From the NCBI GenBank assembly GCA_043228905.1, contig JBHGNT010000017.1, forward strand, positions 10,292,001 to 10,356,000: a stretch of DNA of 64,000 bases, read 5' to 3'. The translations under genes and the position numbers were made by a program. The DNA comes from Azolla caroliniana (lineage: Eukaryota; Plantae; Polypodiophyta). Numbering within the stretch: position 1 is the stretch's first letter; each line of letters begins with the position of its first letter. Below the pieces are notes generated by a model that saw only the letters and a list, made by a program, of their open reading frames with translations, searched no databases and was not told the origin of the DNA. Shown in pieces: positions 11,854 through 26,009 of the stretch.

Positions 11854-12915
11854 TAAGGACAACAATCAACAAAATCCGATGATTACGTCAAGGTGATCGT
11901 CCAGCCTCCGCATACGCTGCATATTTCCACCCACTCACCTCCGATATCCCCTGGGATGACCAAGCACTTATGGAGCAATTTCGTTATGGTCTACGTAACG
12001 ATGTCAAGGATTTACTCTTGACCTTACCCGAAGAACCAAAGTCATTGACAGAAGCAATCATTCGCGCGGTGAGATGCGACAACCGTCTTTTCGAACGACG
12101 TTCGAAACATCAGTTCCAGATGCCAAGGGCAAGATCAGAGCCCACCTACGCCTCAGTGGTAGCAAATCCTTTTCCAAGGGAGTCATGTAATGCACTCAAG
12201 TGAATACTCCAACTCTGATGGAAATTGACACTACAAGTCGTCGCGGACCATTATCGGAAGAAGAAAAGCAGTGACGCTGAGCAAATCGACTATGTCTTTA
12301 TTGCGGTGGACTAGGGCATATTGCAGTGAATTGTCCCCATAGGCCAAGAAGACAGGTGAACCAAATAGTTGCTAACTCTAATTGTACTAAACTCGAGTCT
12401 ATTTTAGTAGGAATATCTGATAGTCCTAATAGTACTAATAGCCCAAATCTATCGAACAAATTTGATGTCCTTAGTCGGTTAGAAGAAGAGTACAGCATAT
12501 AACCTCGTACGAATCCGACCAGGAGATGAATGGAAGACCGCGTTTCGCACCAGATATAGGCACTTCGAGTATACAGTCATGCCATTCGGCCTCACTAATG
12601 CGCCAGCAATCTTCTACCACATGGCAAATGATATATTATGAGATCTCTTGGATGTTTGTTTGATCATCTATTTGGATGATCTACTAGTTTATTCGAAGAC
12701 CCAAGAAGAGCATGATTCTCATGTATTGTTAGTACTAAAATGACTTCAAGAACATGGTGTTTATGCAAAGCTGGAAAAATGTAGTTTCGAGTGCAACCAG
12801 GTAGAATTTCTAGGCTATGTCATTTCCTCGGAAGGCATCTCCATGGATCCAGCTAAGCTCAAAACAGTGGTAGAGTGGCAGACTTCACGTTCTTTGCGAG
12901 ATGTGCAATGCTTTT
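11854..12915 (+). pseudogene. Third Tcn1-like fragment: gag with zinc knuckle fused by deletion to RT
   Basis: EQFRYGLRNDVKD, CLYCGGLGHIAVNC, then [17 protein letters not shown]...YLDD. Confidence 0.85.
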
Positions 12916-14672
12916 TGTAGAAACAAATAGCGTGCGGAAGCAATAGAAAACTGAAACCAGAGAACAGGTTTAATAGAGAGCTTAACAGTACCTGGGAGAG
13001 ATAGAGAGAGAGCACACAGAAACTCAATTCAAAAAATACTACTCAGTCTATACATCATATGTGTTCAGTGAACACTTTTATACAAGTCCATCCGACTGAC
13101 AAAAGTACGGTGTACTTCAATGCTCACACGAGTGTCTGACACTAACTACGAGATATTAACTCCCTAGTAGACTAGCTACTACTTGGCTTCCGGTTACTAC
13201 TTGATCCAGCTAACCGGCTCCCCAGCTCACCCTTCTGGATGTCGATCCGGCTCAGGCTTATTCAGTCGATCCGGATCCAGTTGAGCTTGCCGCTCAACAC
13301 TCCCCCTCAAGCTCAACTTGGGGTCGGATTGTAGTGTCAGTCTCCATGGCAGCCGGTCCTTCCACCTAGCTCCTTCTGGCGTCACTCCTCCTCGCTCGCA
13401 CTCCTTGTCCGGTCCGGTCCCATTTGCCGCGACCCTTCTGTTCTTGCGCACCTCGACTTCCTTGGTCGACTTGTCTGCGCAACAGGCCCAATTCAGCTCC
13501 CTCGCTGTTGTAACTTTGGCTTTTGCCGATTCGCCGATTCCTTCATGTTGGCGTCCACTTTTGCTACCTTCTTGTCCTCTTGGCCTTGAATTGATCCGGT
13601 TCTTCCGAATCCTTCTGTAGAACCGAATTGGTTGTCTCTAATTCGTTCCAGCTCTTGTCCGAATTAGTTGCTCCCGATTCGTCTTCTGGTTCCAGGCCCT
13701 TCACCACATCGGACCATGTCCGAGTCTTGGCCTTCTTCTTCCGGTCAGCTCTATCCTTCTTGTCTCTACCTCCATTGCCACTTGTTCCGACTTGTTCGGA
13801 TGTGTCAACTTCCTTTGTCGACTCGGCTCCTTTCTTCTTCCTATCTCTCCCATTGTCGGTTCTTCCCCCACCGGCGTAATCGGCAGTTTCTTTGCCTTTG
13901 CCCGTTCCAGTGGTGTCTTTGCCCATTCTCCCCCTTAAGTGTGGCACGTTGAGATGCTGAACAACAAGCATTTTGGTGAAGTGTTTCAACTTGTCCGATC
14001 CGAGCGGTTTGGTGAAGATGTCGGCAACTTGCCGATCCGTATGAACATACCGAAGTTCGACTTCACCGCTTAGGATATGCTCACCCATGAAGTGGTAGTG
14101 CACTTCGATGTGCTTTGTGCGAGCATGGAATACGGGGTTCTTGGCGAGCCGCATGCTGCTTATGTTGTCGCAGTAGATCAGGATCGGGGTCGACACCTCG
14201 ATCCGCAAGTCTTGCAGTAGTCGCCGAAGCCAAATGGCTTCACAGGTGGCAATAGTAGCGCCCCGGTATTCAGCCTCAGTGCTCGACAGAGCCACTGTTG
14301 GCTGCTTTTTGCTGCTCCACGCAACAGCTGCGCTACCAAGGGAAAACATATAACCGGAAGTGGAACGGCGATCTGATGCATCGCCGGCCCAGTCGGCATC
14401 TGTGTAGCCAACTAGCTCTTCGGGCATACCTCGCCAGTATAACAGTCCCCGGTCCTTCGTGCCGCTCACATACCGTAGTATTCGGTGCGCGTAGTGAAGA
14501 TGCTCGACGGTCGGCTTCTACATGAATTGACTAATCACACCAACTGGATAGCTGATGTCGGGTTGGGTGATGGTCAAATATATAAGGCTTCCGACAATTT
14601 GTCAGAACCAGTCCGGAGTTGGGACAGAGCTTCTGTTTCCGGTCCAAGGGTGTAGAAATAGGGCGGCATTCC

Positions 14673-15097
14673 ACATCTCACAACGAACGCGAAGTCTGCC
14701 ACTCTACCACTGTTTTGACCTTAGCTGGATCCATGGAGATGCCTTCCGAGGAAATGACATAGCCTAGAAATTCTACCTGCTTACACTCGAAACTACATTT
14801 TTCCAAGTTTGCATAAAGACCATGTTCTCGAAGTCGTTTTAGTACTAACAATACATGAGAATCATGCTCTTCTTGGGTCTTCGAATAAACCAGTAGATCA
14901 TCCAAATAGATGATCAAACAAACAACCAAGAGATCTCAAAATATATCATTTGCCCTGTGGTAGAAGACTGTTGGCGCATTAGTGAGGCTGAATGGCATGA
15001 CCGTATACTCGAAGTGCCCATATCTAGTGCGAAACACGATCTTCCATTCATCTCCTGGTCGGATTCATACGAGGTTATATGCTCCTTGTAAGTCGGA
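14673..15097 (-). pseudogene. Gypsy RT fragment inserted into the copia B1 RT
   Basis: Inverted homologue of about 12495-12910; splits copia GMT|ECRPISTPL with a 3-bp GGA duplication. Confidence 0.85.
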
Positions 15098-15573
15098 TCC
15101 GTCATGCCGAACTTGTACAGCATATTCAACACATAGTGTCTTTGTGAGAGCAATATGCCGTCAGGGGTTCGGATCACCTCGATCCCAAGGAAATAGTGAA
15201 GGTCCCCCAGGTCCTTCATCTCAAATGCGTCCGACAACTGGGACTTGACTCAGCTGATTTCATCGAGTCCGGATTCGGTGATGACTAGATCATCAACATA
15301 CAGCAAGATGCAAACCGGACCGTCCGGACCTTGCCGGATGAACAACGAAGAGTCGGACTTGGAGACCTCAAACCCCAACTTACGCAACCTGTGCATAATC
15401 TTTGCATTCCAAGCTCGAGGGGCTTGCTTCAAGCCATAAAGTGACTTCTTCAGCCGGCATACAATCAACTTGTTCATCTCCGACTGAAAACCGGGAGGTT
15501 GGGTCATAAAGACCTCTTCTTCTAGATCGCCTTGAAGAAATGCATTCTTCACGTCCATCTGGTGAAGATGCCA

Positions 15574-15970
15574 CGGGAGGGTACAATGGTACCACGGGAG
15601 AGGGTGAGGAGCAAGACGCCCTCTTGACTTGCGGACAATTGCCGACCGAGGACAAGGTCGGGAGCGGAGAAGAGCCCTCCACGCGGATTTCGGAGACTCC
15701 GGTGGTCGAGCCCGTGTGCCGACATGAGACCGGAGAGAAGGAAGGCGCCGACGAGGAGTCCTGGCACGATGCCCGCGAAGAGGGATTGGGAAACGTCCTG
15801 CGAGGAGGCCAAGGACGGAGGCGGCACGGGAAGATCAGGATTCTGATGCGGATGGAGCGTGATCCGGATGTGGATGACTCGACCGAAACCGGCCCAAGGC
15901 GCGAAAGACCAGGGACAGGCTATAGAGCCCGACCGAAACCGGGCCCACGTACCCGCGAAACTTCGCGACA
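15574..15970. mobile_element. GC-rich fragment ending in an LTR-like terminus, family unknown
   Basis: Ends ...TTCGCGACA (reverse TGTCGCGAA, like the LTR end at 34238) exactly where the copia linker NLVMR is cut. Confidence 0.45.
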
Positions 15971-16137
15971 CCGCATCACGAGGTTCTTCTGGCGGGAAGA
16001 CCGGCGTAACCCATTGTTACCCGGTTTGAGGCCCGTCTTGGCCGGTTCGGTCTTTGGTGCCAAAGAACCGTCATTTTCCTTTCCAGAGTCGGATCTGCTC
16101 TTATCCAACTCATCATTACCGGTTTCATAATCCGGCA

Positions 16138-17451
16138 TCTTCTGGATGCAAGTCTTTAAGAAGTTAGAAACTACGTTGAGCATGAGCTCCATGGATCATC
16201 CTCAATCCGATGGATAGTCAGAATGAGTAAATCAAATTATTGAGGACATGCTTCGAGCATACATTGGTACAAAACCAACAAAATGGGAACGCTATCTCCC
16301 AATTTTGGAGTTTGCTTATAACAGCTCCAAGCATACGTCGACGGGATATAGTCCTTTTATGTTGATGTATGGTTTTCAGCCACGAGCCCCGATTGTTGTT
16401 AATATACATCATGCTAAGTTGCGAAGTATAGAAAACTTTCTTCGGGATATGCAATATATGTTGCACATTGCACGAGGTAATATAAAAACAGCTTAAGATA
16501 GAGCGCATTTTTACGCCAATCATAATAGGCAACCTCGTGTATTCAACCCTGGACAGAAGGTATTTTTACGTGTACCTCACAATTCTAAGACATTGTCTAC
16601 AGGTAAATGCACTAAGTTAGCTCCACGGTTTTGTGGACCTTTTCAAGTCCTCAAATGCATTGGTTCATCAACCTATCATCTCGCTCTTCCAGATGGCGTT
16701 GAAATTCATCCAGTCTTTCATGTAAGTCGTCTAAAAGAACTTCTAGGTTCTAGCGACAATACAGTTACAACTAAAACTCTGGTTACTTCTGAAGAATTAT
16801 CTTCTAAACCACATGTACTAGAAAGAATTCTCGATGTTAAAACAAAAAATCTACGTACTAAAATAATCCGAGAATATAAAATTAAATGGACAGATAAATC
16901 TATCAAAGATGCTACATGGGAACGCGAAAATACTCTGAGAACAAACTTCCCTAACTTTCCATTGTAAGAGTACAATGTTTTAAAGAGGGGGGAGTATGTT
17001 ACGGGCATGACCATATAATATCTCGTGGTGAGAATTTGTCGTAGTATTCTATACACGTGGATAAGTGTGAGGGTTAAACGAGAGTGTAAAGAAGGGGAGG
17101 ATTACTTTTAATACTCGGGATTGAGACAACCCATTAGGCCAAGTGTGAACTTGCCTGGGGTCCTTGGGTATCGCTATAAATATGAGGCCTAGCTACCCTC
17201 ATTTCATCATCTCTTGACTACGTCCAGACTTTGTTCTTGTGGTGGGTCAACTCTTGTAGTGAGCGCACCAACACCAGGTACGACTCGACGCCATGACGGT
17301 GGTATGGGACGTCAATCGAGGCTCGAGTCTGTCTCGATCCCCTCGCTCGAGGGTGGTTGGGTGGATCAACACCCTTCTTTCTCTCTCTCCTGTCTTATTT
17401 CATGTATCTTTTATCCTTATCATATGCTTACGTTAGATCATCCCTCTAACA
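16138..17451 (+). mobile_element. Chromovirus family C fragment: integrase C-half, chromodomain, PPT and 3' LTR (16997-17451)
   Basis: Motifs HPQSDG, EFAYNSS, GPF, IHPVFHVSRL, ERILD...KW...ATWE; PPT AAGAGGGGGGAG; TGTTA...TAACA. Confidence 0.9.
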
Positions 17452-17469
17452 CTACACCTTCATACCCAG

Positions 17470-19812
17470 GCACCCCATGAAACAAAGTGCATATTTCTTG
17501 GTTATGGAAGCGATGGGGAATTCGACTACAGGTTATGGGACCTAAAAAACCGGTATCATGAAGATTCCAGGCATGCTCGAGCGGTTCAACATGTCGGATG
17601 CAAAGCCGGTCGGGTCAACACTTCCGGCAAACTGCAAGTTGGTCGGGAAGCAAAGCCCAAAGACAAAGACGGAAAAGCCAAAGATGATGAAGATGCCTTG
17701 CCTCTATCGCCGAAAGCTTGATGTACGCAATGATGTGTACCCGGCTGGATGTCGGATATGCAGTCGGGGTGGTCACCCGGTTCATGAGCAGTCCGGGAAG
17801 AGAACACTAGACCATGGTCAAGTGGATACTCTAGTACTTGAAAGGCACCTCGAGTATGTGCCTCCAATTCGGCTCAGGTAAACCCCAACTTGAAGGATTT
17901 ACAAATTTGGATATGCCAGTTGATGTAGATACAAGTCGGTCTACATCCCAATATGTCATGACTTATGTTGGGAAGGAAGGAACAAGACATGATGGATTCG
18001 GAAGGTATCCGGAGACCGAACCGGATGGATCCGAAAGGAGTTCGGCCGGATTCGGTACGAACTAGCAAATAGAAACATATTAGTAAATATGTTGAGACGT
18101 GACCATTGAGGTCATATTTGTAAATAGCCCCAAAGTTATATAAGTAAAAATATAACTAGGGCAACATTGTTATATGTAGAGATTATCATTGTAATTGTTC
18201 TGTGAGTATCATTGTACAGAGAGAGAGAGAGAGAGATACATAAAGCTTTTGTTGTTGTAAACGTCGGTTGGCGAAGGTAGAGCTCGAAGTCATTGCCTCT
18301 AAGTCTCACACGGTTGTACCTCTTCTCTATAGTAATCTTGTTCGGAGTCTATGGGCTCCCGTGGTTTTTCCCGATTAGGTTTTTCCACGTTAATATTCTG
18401 TGTCATCTTATTTCTGTTTTCTGTTTTCTTCCATTGAGTGAGTGAGACTCGGTTGTGGCCAATCACTATTTCCGCAGAGGTATTAGAGTTTGAATAGAAA
18501 CTCTTGAACAGAAAGGCGGTGGCCACCATCAAACAGTGTGTCGATGTAAGTGTCCATCAAATGCCCATGAGATGTGGCAAAAGATGTCAAGCCTATATGA
18601 GAGGAAGAATGCCCTTCAACAAAACATCTTTGATGAGAAAGATTGTGAGGCTGAAATACAGGGACGGAGAAAGCATAGTCGAGCACATAAGCACATTCAT
18701 GGGGGGTATGTAAACCAACTTGTGGCAACCAAGTTTCCCCTTGAGGATGCAATCTAGGTCATCCTACTACTGTGTACCCTACCAGATAGTTGGGAAATTT
18801 TGGTGGTGACTCTCAGCACTTCATGTCAAGAAGAGAACTTGTCTCTACAAGCAGTAAAGACAAGCATCTTGAATGAGGAGACAAGAAGGAAGGACAAGGG
18901 TGTCTTGTCCCAGTCAGAGTAAAACTTGACTGAACATACCGGTAGAGGAAGGAACCAACAAAGAAGTCCGCAAAGGAGGGATAAATCCCATGCCAGATCC
19001 AAGTCTAGAGGTAAACTCACATGCTTTTACTGTGGAAAGCTTGGACACTTCCAGAAGGACTGCCAACATCTCAAGAAGGAAAAAGGTGTTTGTAAAAATG
19101 TTGAACCTAGAGAGATTCTTGATGAAAAGGGCACACTAGTCGTAGCTACAAGTGCATAAGAGATCTTGGTTATTTGTGAGCAGGCAAGCACAAATTTTGC
19201 AAGTGAAGAGTGCACATGGGTGATCAACTCTAGTGCATCTTTCCATATAACTCCGTCAAGGGAGTGCTTCTCGACTTATACCATCGGGGATCATGGCTAT
19301 GTAAAGATGGAAGATAATGGGGAGTGCTTCTTGACTTAGGTACTTGCTCGAAGGGTTTACCGACTCGGACATGTCGGGGGACACAAACTCAAGTCGATCC
19401 ACTTCAAGGTACATGATGACCTATGTAGGGGGAGCAGTGTCGTGGCAGTCACAACTTCAGAAATTTGTGGCCTTGTCAACCATAGAGGCAAAGTATATGA
19501 CAACGGTAGAGGCCGACAAAAAGCGGATTTGGATGAGAAACTTTCTCATTGAGTTGGGGATGAAGCAAAAGGAGTGAATCTTGCTTCATTGAGACCGCTA
19601 GAGCGCCATACATCTTCCGAACCAAACATATACAAAGGAGGTATCACTGGTTGCGGGAGAAAGCGGAAGAAGGAGAGTTTACCTTTATGAAGATCCATAC
19701 TAACGACAATGGATCCGACATGCTGACAAAGAACGTACCGATGAACAGACTTAGATTCTCTCGACAGAGAATAGGATTAACCAACTCCACCCATAGGAGT
19801 GAAGGGGGGAGT
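17470..19812 (+). mobile_element. Mosaic of copia fragments: INT/RT/RH pieces, an LTR (17966-18476), D-type gag (18477 to about 19335), RH and PPT
   Basis: Motifs KCIFLGYG, KLLNRKAVATI, CFYCGKLGHFQKDC, GFTDSDM; PPT GAAGGGGGGAG at about 19801. Confidence 0.8.
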
Positions 19813-22800
19813 TTGTTAAGACTATATCCCTCCTATGGGAGGAGCCAGCTAATCGGATTGAGAGCCAACAGTCGAGGATAAGGAGTAACCTGAAGGGAAC
19901 TCAAGCGCTTCCTATACGCAACGCTCGGCCACAACCGAGCTTAGAATCATACACAAACAAACGGGAAATAAAACACGACGCGAAGAAGAAAACAAGTGCA
20001 CAGAATGTTTACGTGGAAAGCCCAAAGAGGGAAAAACCACGGCAGCCCACAGGCTGCAAACTATCACTATGCTAGAATGTACAACAGTGAGTTCACGGAA
20101 GCAACGACCTCGTGCTCACGATCCTCGCCACAAGCGGCGGTTACAACAGAGGCAACGACCTCTTTCTCTCTCACTCTTTGTACATAGTCTCACTTTTCTT
20201 GCACCAACAAGAAAATGACAACCACAACAACAAGTTTGCCCTAAGTCATATTTATACTAATATGACTTTTTGGCTATTTACTAATATAGCCTCGATGGAC
20301 TCTCAGAAACATATTTACGAATATATCTCTTCATCCGGTTCTCACCGGGTCTGTACCATCCGGTTCTCCGTAGCCGGGTACTCCTCATCCGGTCTTCACC
20401 GGGTCTGTATCATCCGGCTCTCCGTAGCCGGGTACTCCTCATCCAGTTCATACCAGGTCTGCACCATCCGGCTCTCCGTAGCCGGGTACTCCTCATCCGG
20501 TTCATACCGGGTCTGCACCATCCGGCTCTATTCTTCTCCCTTCCGATCCGGAGGGACCTGTCTCCCAACAAACTCCCCCTTCACTCCGGCATGGGGTGTC
20601 TTACCAGTCCGATCCTCTTCCGGCATGCATCCAGCTTGTCGGGTATCAGCACTTTGGTCAACATATCTGACCCGTTCTCGGCCGTGTGGATCTTCATCAG
20701 CGCGAACTCCTGGTCATCTACTCTTTCCCGGATCCAGTGATACCTCCGCTGGATATGCTTCGTCCGGGAATGGTAGGCCGCATTCTTAGCAAGGTGGATG
20801 GCACTTTGACTGTCGCAATAGAGTTGGTATTCATCTTGCCGGATACCAAGCTCTCCGATGAAGTCCTTCATCCATAAGATTTCCTTGCCGGCTTCCATAT
20901 CCGCCATGTACTCCGCCTCTGTGGCTGACAATGCAACCGTCTTCTGCAGCCTCGACTGCCACGAAACAGCTCCCCCTGCATATGTCATTACATACCCGGA
21001 TGTAGATCGGGTGGTATCCACATCAGCCGACATGTCCGAATCGGTGAAACCATCAAGTTGAGGTTTTCCGGAGCCGAATCGGAGACACATATTTGAAATG
21101 CCCTTCAAATACCAGAGTATCCATTTGACCGCGTTCTAGTGCTCCTTGTCGGGATTGCTCATGAACCGGCTCACCACTCCGACTGCGTATCCTATATCCG
21201 GTCGGGTACAAACCATTGCGTACATTAAGCTCCCAACGGCAGAGGCATATGGTATCTTCATCATATTCGCCTTCTCTGCTTTCGTCTTCGGGCTTTGCTT
21301 ACCGGATAACCTACAGTTTGCCGGAAGTGTCGATCCGACCGGTTTCGCATCTGACATGTTGAACCGGTGAAGCACCTTTGTCACGTACTTCTCCTGTGAC
21401 AACCATAATTGCTTCGCTGACCGATTCCGGATAATATGCATCCCCAGCATCTGTCTTGCCGGACCCAAGTCTTTCATTGAGAAGGTCCGGTTGAGGGCCT
21501 TCTTCAGCATCCGTATTTTGACTTGGTCCCGTCCGACGATCAACATGTCATCCACGTACAGGAGGAGTATTAGGAAGTCGCCTCCTTCGAACTTCTTCAC
21601 AAACACACAGTGATCGGCCTGTGTCTTGTGGTACCCTTGCTCGGTCATGAAGGAATCGAACTTCCGGTACCATTGTCGGGGAGCCTACTTTAGTCCGTAC
21701 ATGCTCTTCTTCAACCGGCGCACCAGGTGCTCCTTCCCTTTCTCCATGAATCCTTCCGATTGCTCCATGTAGATCTCTTCTTCGAGGTCACCGTGAAGGA
21801 ATGTTGTCTTCACGTCTAGCTGCTCTACCTCGAGGTCCATGCTTGCCGCTATACTCAGCACCGTCCGGATGGAGGTCATCTTTACTACCGGGCCAAATAT
21901 CTCGTCGAAGTCCACGCCCTTCTTCTGCTAGAACCCCTTCACCACGATCCTGGCTTTGTACCTCAGGGGTTTGCCGGCATCTCCCGGTTTCAACTTGTAC
22001 ACCCACTTGTTTCGGAGTGCCCGCTTTCCTTTCGGCAACTCCACCAATTCGTACGTATGGTTCTCATGCAGGGAATCCATCTCATCCTGCATGGCACTTA
22101 ACCATTTTTGGATGTGGGTGTCTTCCTTCGCTTCTTCGAAGCTTTCCGGCTCCCCCTCATTGGTCAGCAGAACATGCTCTGCATCCGGAAATCTCCGGGG
22201 GGGCCTTCTCTCTCTGAGAGGGTATCTCCGTCTCTGGGCTTCGATGACGGGCTCATCCATCTGCTCTTCATCCGAATCTGATTCGGGGTCTTGGTCGGTT
22301 CCGGTTTCAGCTTCCTCTACTTCTTCTTCAGCCCGTTCGGTATCCTCACCGTAACCGTCTGGTCCCTCGAGTGCTAACCGGTCTCTTGCCGGTTGGGTCT
22401 GCTCATCGTAGAGTCAATCGTTATCGGTCGACTCGGAGTTCATTATCTTCTTCTCCGACTCCCAGTCGGCGAGCGTCTTGTCCTCCATGAAGATAATATC
22501 TCGACTCCAGAATACCTTCTTGTCGACCAGGTCCCACACTCGGTAGCCGAACTCATCATCACCGGAACCGAGGAATATGCATGGCCGAGTCTTTGGATCT
22601 AACTTTCCTCTCCGGTCCTTAGCTACATGCACATACACGAGACACCCAAACACCTTCAGATGCTGGTAGGATACTTCCTTACCGGTCCACACTCTTTGTG
22701 GCGTGTCTCCGTCCAAGGGTACTTAGGGTGATCTATTTATCACATATGTCGCCGTCGATAGTGCCTAAGCCCAAAACTTGTTGGGTAGTTTTGCATGCGC

Positions 22801-25800
22801 TAGCATACTCCGGACCCTCTCCATTATGGTCCGGTTCATCCTCTCGGCCAGCCCGTTTAGTTCCGGCGTCTTCGGCACGGTAAATTCAAGTCGGATTCCC
22901 TTCGAGCGGCAGTACTCCTCGAACTACCCCTGGTATTCTCCTCCGTTATCTGCTCGAACCACCTTCAGCTTCCGGCCGGTTTCTCTTTCCACTCTTGCGT
23001 GGAGCTCTTTGAAGACGGATAACACCTGATCCTTCGTCTTCAACGGTGTGGCCCACAACTTCCGGCTGTGGTCATCTATGAACGTTACGAAGTACTGCGC
23101 TCCGGCATGTGACTTTGTGTGTACTTGACACACATCCGTATGTACCAACTCCAGTGGTCCATTACATCTCATCGGTGGCCTTGGTCGGAAGAAGGTCCGG
23201 TTCTGCTTACCGGCCAGACAATCAGTGCACTTCTCTAAGTGCACGTTCTTCACTGGAATGAGGTTGTCGTCTACAAGCCTCTTCATCCCCTTCTCGCTCA
23301 TATGACACAGCCTCTTGTGCCACAGCTCACCGGAAGTGTCGGACGCCACGTTCACTTCTTCCGGACATAACCGTGCATTCATCAGGTAAAGTGTGTTGAC
23401 CTTCCGAGCCCGAGCCACAATCAGGCTCCCTTTGCTGAACTTCATCACACCGTTCCGGATGCTACCAGTGTAGCCTTCATCATCTAGCCGACCGGCTGAT
23501 ATTAGGTTCAGACGAACCTCCGGAACGTGTCGAACATCCTTCAGCAGCAACTTGCATCCGGTTGGTGTTGACAGCCACACGTCTCCTATGCCGACAATTC
23601 GACATGTACCTTCATTCCCCATCCGGACACAGCCGTGATCACCGGCTGAGTAGGATGAGAAGCATTTCCGGTCCGGGGTAAGGTGGAACGACGCTCCAGA
23701 GTCTACCACCCAGGTCATCTCGTCGCCGGCAAGGTTTCACTCACTCTCCTCGGTGATGAGCATCAACTCCTCTTCACTTGCCGCGATTGCCGTCGTTCCC
23801 TTCCGGTCCAGTCCCCTACGGTCTTTGCCGTTCCAGTTCGGTGTCCGCTTCGAATCGGTACCGTCGGTTTCCTTGTCTTTACGGAAATGCTGACAGTTCT
23901 TTTGGAAGTGTCCCGGCTTGCCTCAATAGAAGCAAGTAGGCCTCCCCCTTGACTTTGATCGTGTCTCCGACTTCTCCCGGTTCTGGGGACTACGGTTTCT
24001 CTGTCTTCCGCGTTCCGATTCGGTAAGGAGCACTTTGGAGTCGGAGCTCGTATCTTTGTCTTTCCGACGCACCTCCTCATCTAGCAAGCTCGATTTTACT
24101 CTTGCTAGGGATAACCAACGTCTCCCAGCTATCTGGGAGGGAACCGAGCAGGAGTAGCGCTAGTAACTCGTCGGCGAGAGGTACTTCCAATGATGTTGCC
24201 TAGTGTATCAGCCCCTGGAAGGCATTCATGTGCTCTGCCATGCTGGAGCCATCTTGGTACCGGAGTCTTACTAGCTTCCGGAATACCGAAACCTGATTGA
24301 CAGCATTTTGGTTCTAAAACATTATGCCGATCTTCTCCCAGAGCTCATGAGCCTTGCTCTCCTCATTGAAGTTGTTGTACAGGCTCATGTCGATGAAGCA
24401 CCGTATGTACGTCGTTGTCTTCATGTGCATCACCTCCCATATCGCGGCGTCGATTTTGTCCGGTCTCTTGTCCCCGAACTGAACCGGCAGCCAGAGGTCT
24501 TTAACCACGAGCATGTCCCTCATCTTCGACTTTCACACTGAATAGTTGGAGCCGGTGAGCTTGAACATGCCACCAAACGAATCGTCCATTTTCTATGTTG
24601 TTCGCTCTGATACCACTTGACGGGAACTCAAGCGCTCCCTATACGCAACGCTCGGCCACAACCGAGCTTAGAATCATACACAGACAAACGGGAAATAAAA
24701 CACGACACGAAGAAGAAAACAAGTGCACAAAATGTTTACGTGGAAAGCCCAAAGAGGGAAAAACCACGGCAACCCACAGGCTGCAAACTATCACTATGCT
24801 AGAATGTACAACAGTGAGTTCACGGAGGCAACGACCTCGTGCTCACGATCCTCACCACAGGTGGCGGTTACAACAGAGGCAATGACCTCTTTCTCTCTCA
24901 CTCTCTGTACACAGTTACACGCTCTCACTTTTCTTGCACCAACAAGAAAATGACAACCACAACAACAAGTTTGCCCTAAGTCATATTTATACTAATATGA
25001 CTTTTCGGCTATTTACTAATATAGCCTCGATGGACTCTCAGAAACATATTTACGAATATGTCTCTTCATCCGGTTCTCACCGGGTCTGTACCATCCGGTT
25101 CTCCGTAGCCGGGTACTCCTCATCCGGTCTTCACCGGGTCTGTATCATCCGGCTCTCCGTAGCCGGGTACTCCTCATCCGGTCTTCACCGGGTCTGTATC
25201 ATCCGGCTCTCCGTAGCCGGGTACTCCTCATCCGGTTCATACCGGGTCTGCACCATCCGGCTCTCCGTAGCCGGGTACTCCTCATCCGGTTCATACCGGG
25301 TCTGCACCATCCGGCTCTGTTCTTCTCCCTTCCCATCCGGAGGGACCTGTCTCCCAACATAACCGACTGGTCAGGCCGAGAGTCGACAATTGATGACAAA
25401 GAGGATTTGATAGTTCAATAGATGATCCAAGTCGAAGACACGACCAACAAGTTGGGCCGACCGAATGGTCGACAACAAGACTGACTAGTTGGGCCAACTG
25501 GACAGTTGGCACAGGAGTCGGCTAGTCAAATCAACTAGTCGACCAGTCGGTTGATTAATTGTTACTACTATTAGTACAGTAATGGGAAGATAGTAGTAGA
25601 GGCTACATTTGTAAATAACCCATACTGTGTATAAGTATAAATACACTTAGGGCAAACATAGTGTTGTAGAACAAAAAGAATAGAATAGCGTAGTAGTTCA
25701 TGTTGTTAGTTACAAAGAGAAGAGAGAGTGTGTGACAAAGAGAGCGACGCCATAGTTGTGTGCGCTTAGACGCCAAGAGCCTTCCTTGTGTGGCTTATAC

Positions 25801-25998
25801 ACTATGTGTAGAGAGAGTGTTGTATATTGTCTCTTTTGTATTCTCCATTGTATAGTGGATCTTTGTTCTCGTGGTTTTCCCCATTTAGGGTTTCCACGTA
25901 AAACTGTGTATTCTATGCATTTGCCGTTTTTCTATTTCCACGTTATTGAATATTTCACAATCGGTTTTCCTCACGGATCATAGGGATCGAACCCTACA
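19813..25998 (+). repeat. Copia 3' LTR (family E) split by A2 into 19813-19890 and 25365-25998
   Basis: TGTT start after a PPT; resumes after the TSD; carries the shared TATA palindrome and U5 motif TAGGGTTTCCACGT; ends ...CCCTACA. Confidence 0.75.
19891..25359 (-). mobile_element. Full-length copia element A2, degenerate
   Basis: TSD TAACC (19886-19890 and 25360-25364); LTRs 24618-25359 and 19891-20570; PBS 24604-24615; gag-pol pieces with stops. Confidence 0.96.
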
Positions 25999-26009
25999 TA
26001 TAATGCCTG

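Larger units (their letters stand above)
12916..16135 (-). mobile_element. Ty1/copia element B1, 5'-truncated: linker, RT, RH and 3' LTR (12916-13299)
   Basis: Motifs MDVKNAFLQGDL, YVDDL, GYTDADWAG, TKHIEVHYHF; PPT TTGAGGGGGAG next to the LTR; LTR homologous to those at 33314 and 61393. Confidence 0.9.

Noticed and set aside
15540-16130. 196-aa novel protein
   Set aside because: Spans antisense copia sequence and a GC-rich LTR-like fragment; chimeric open frame
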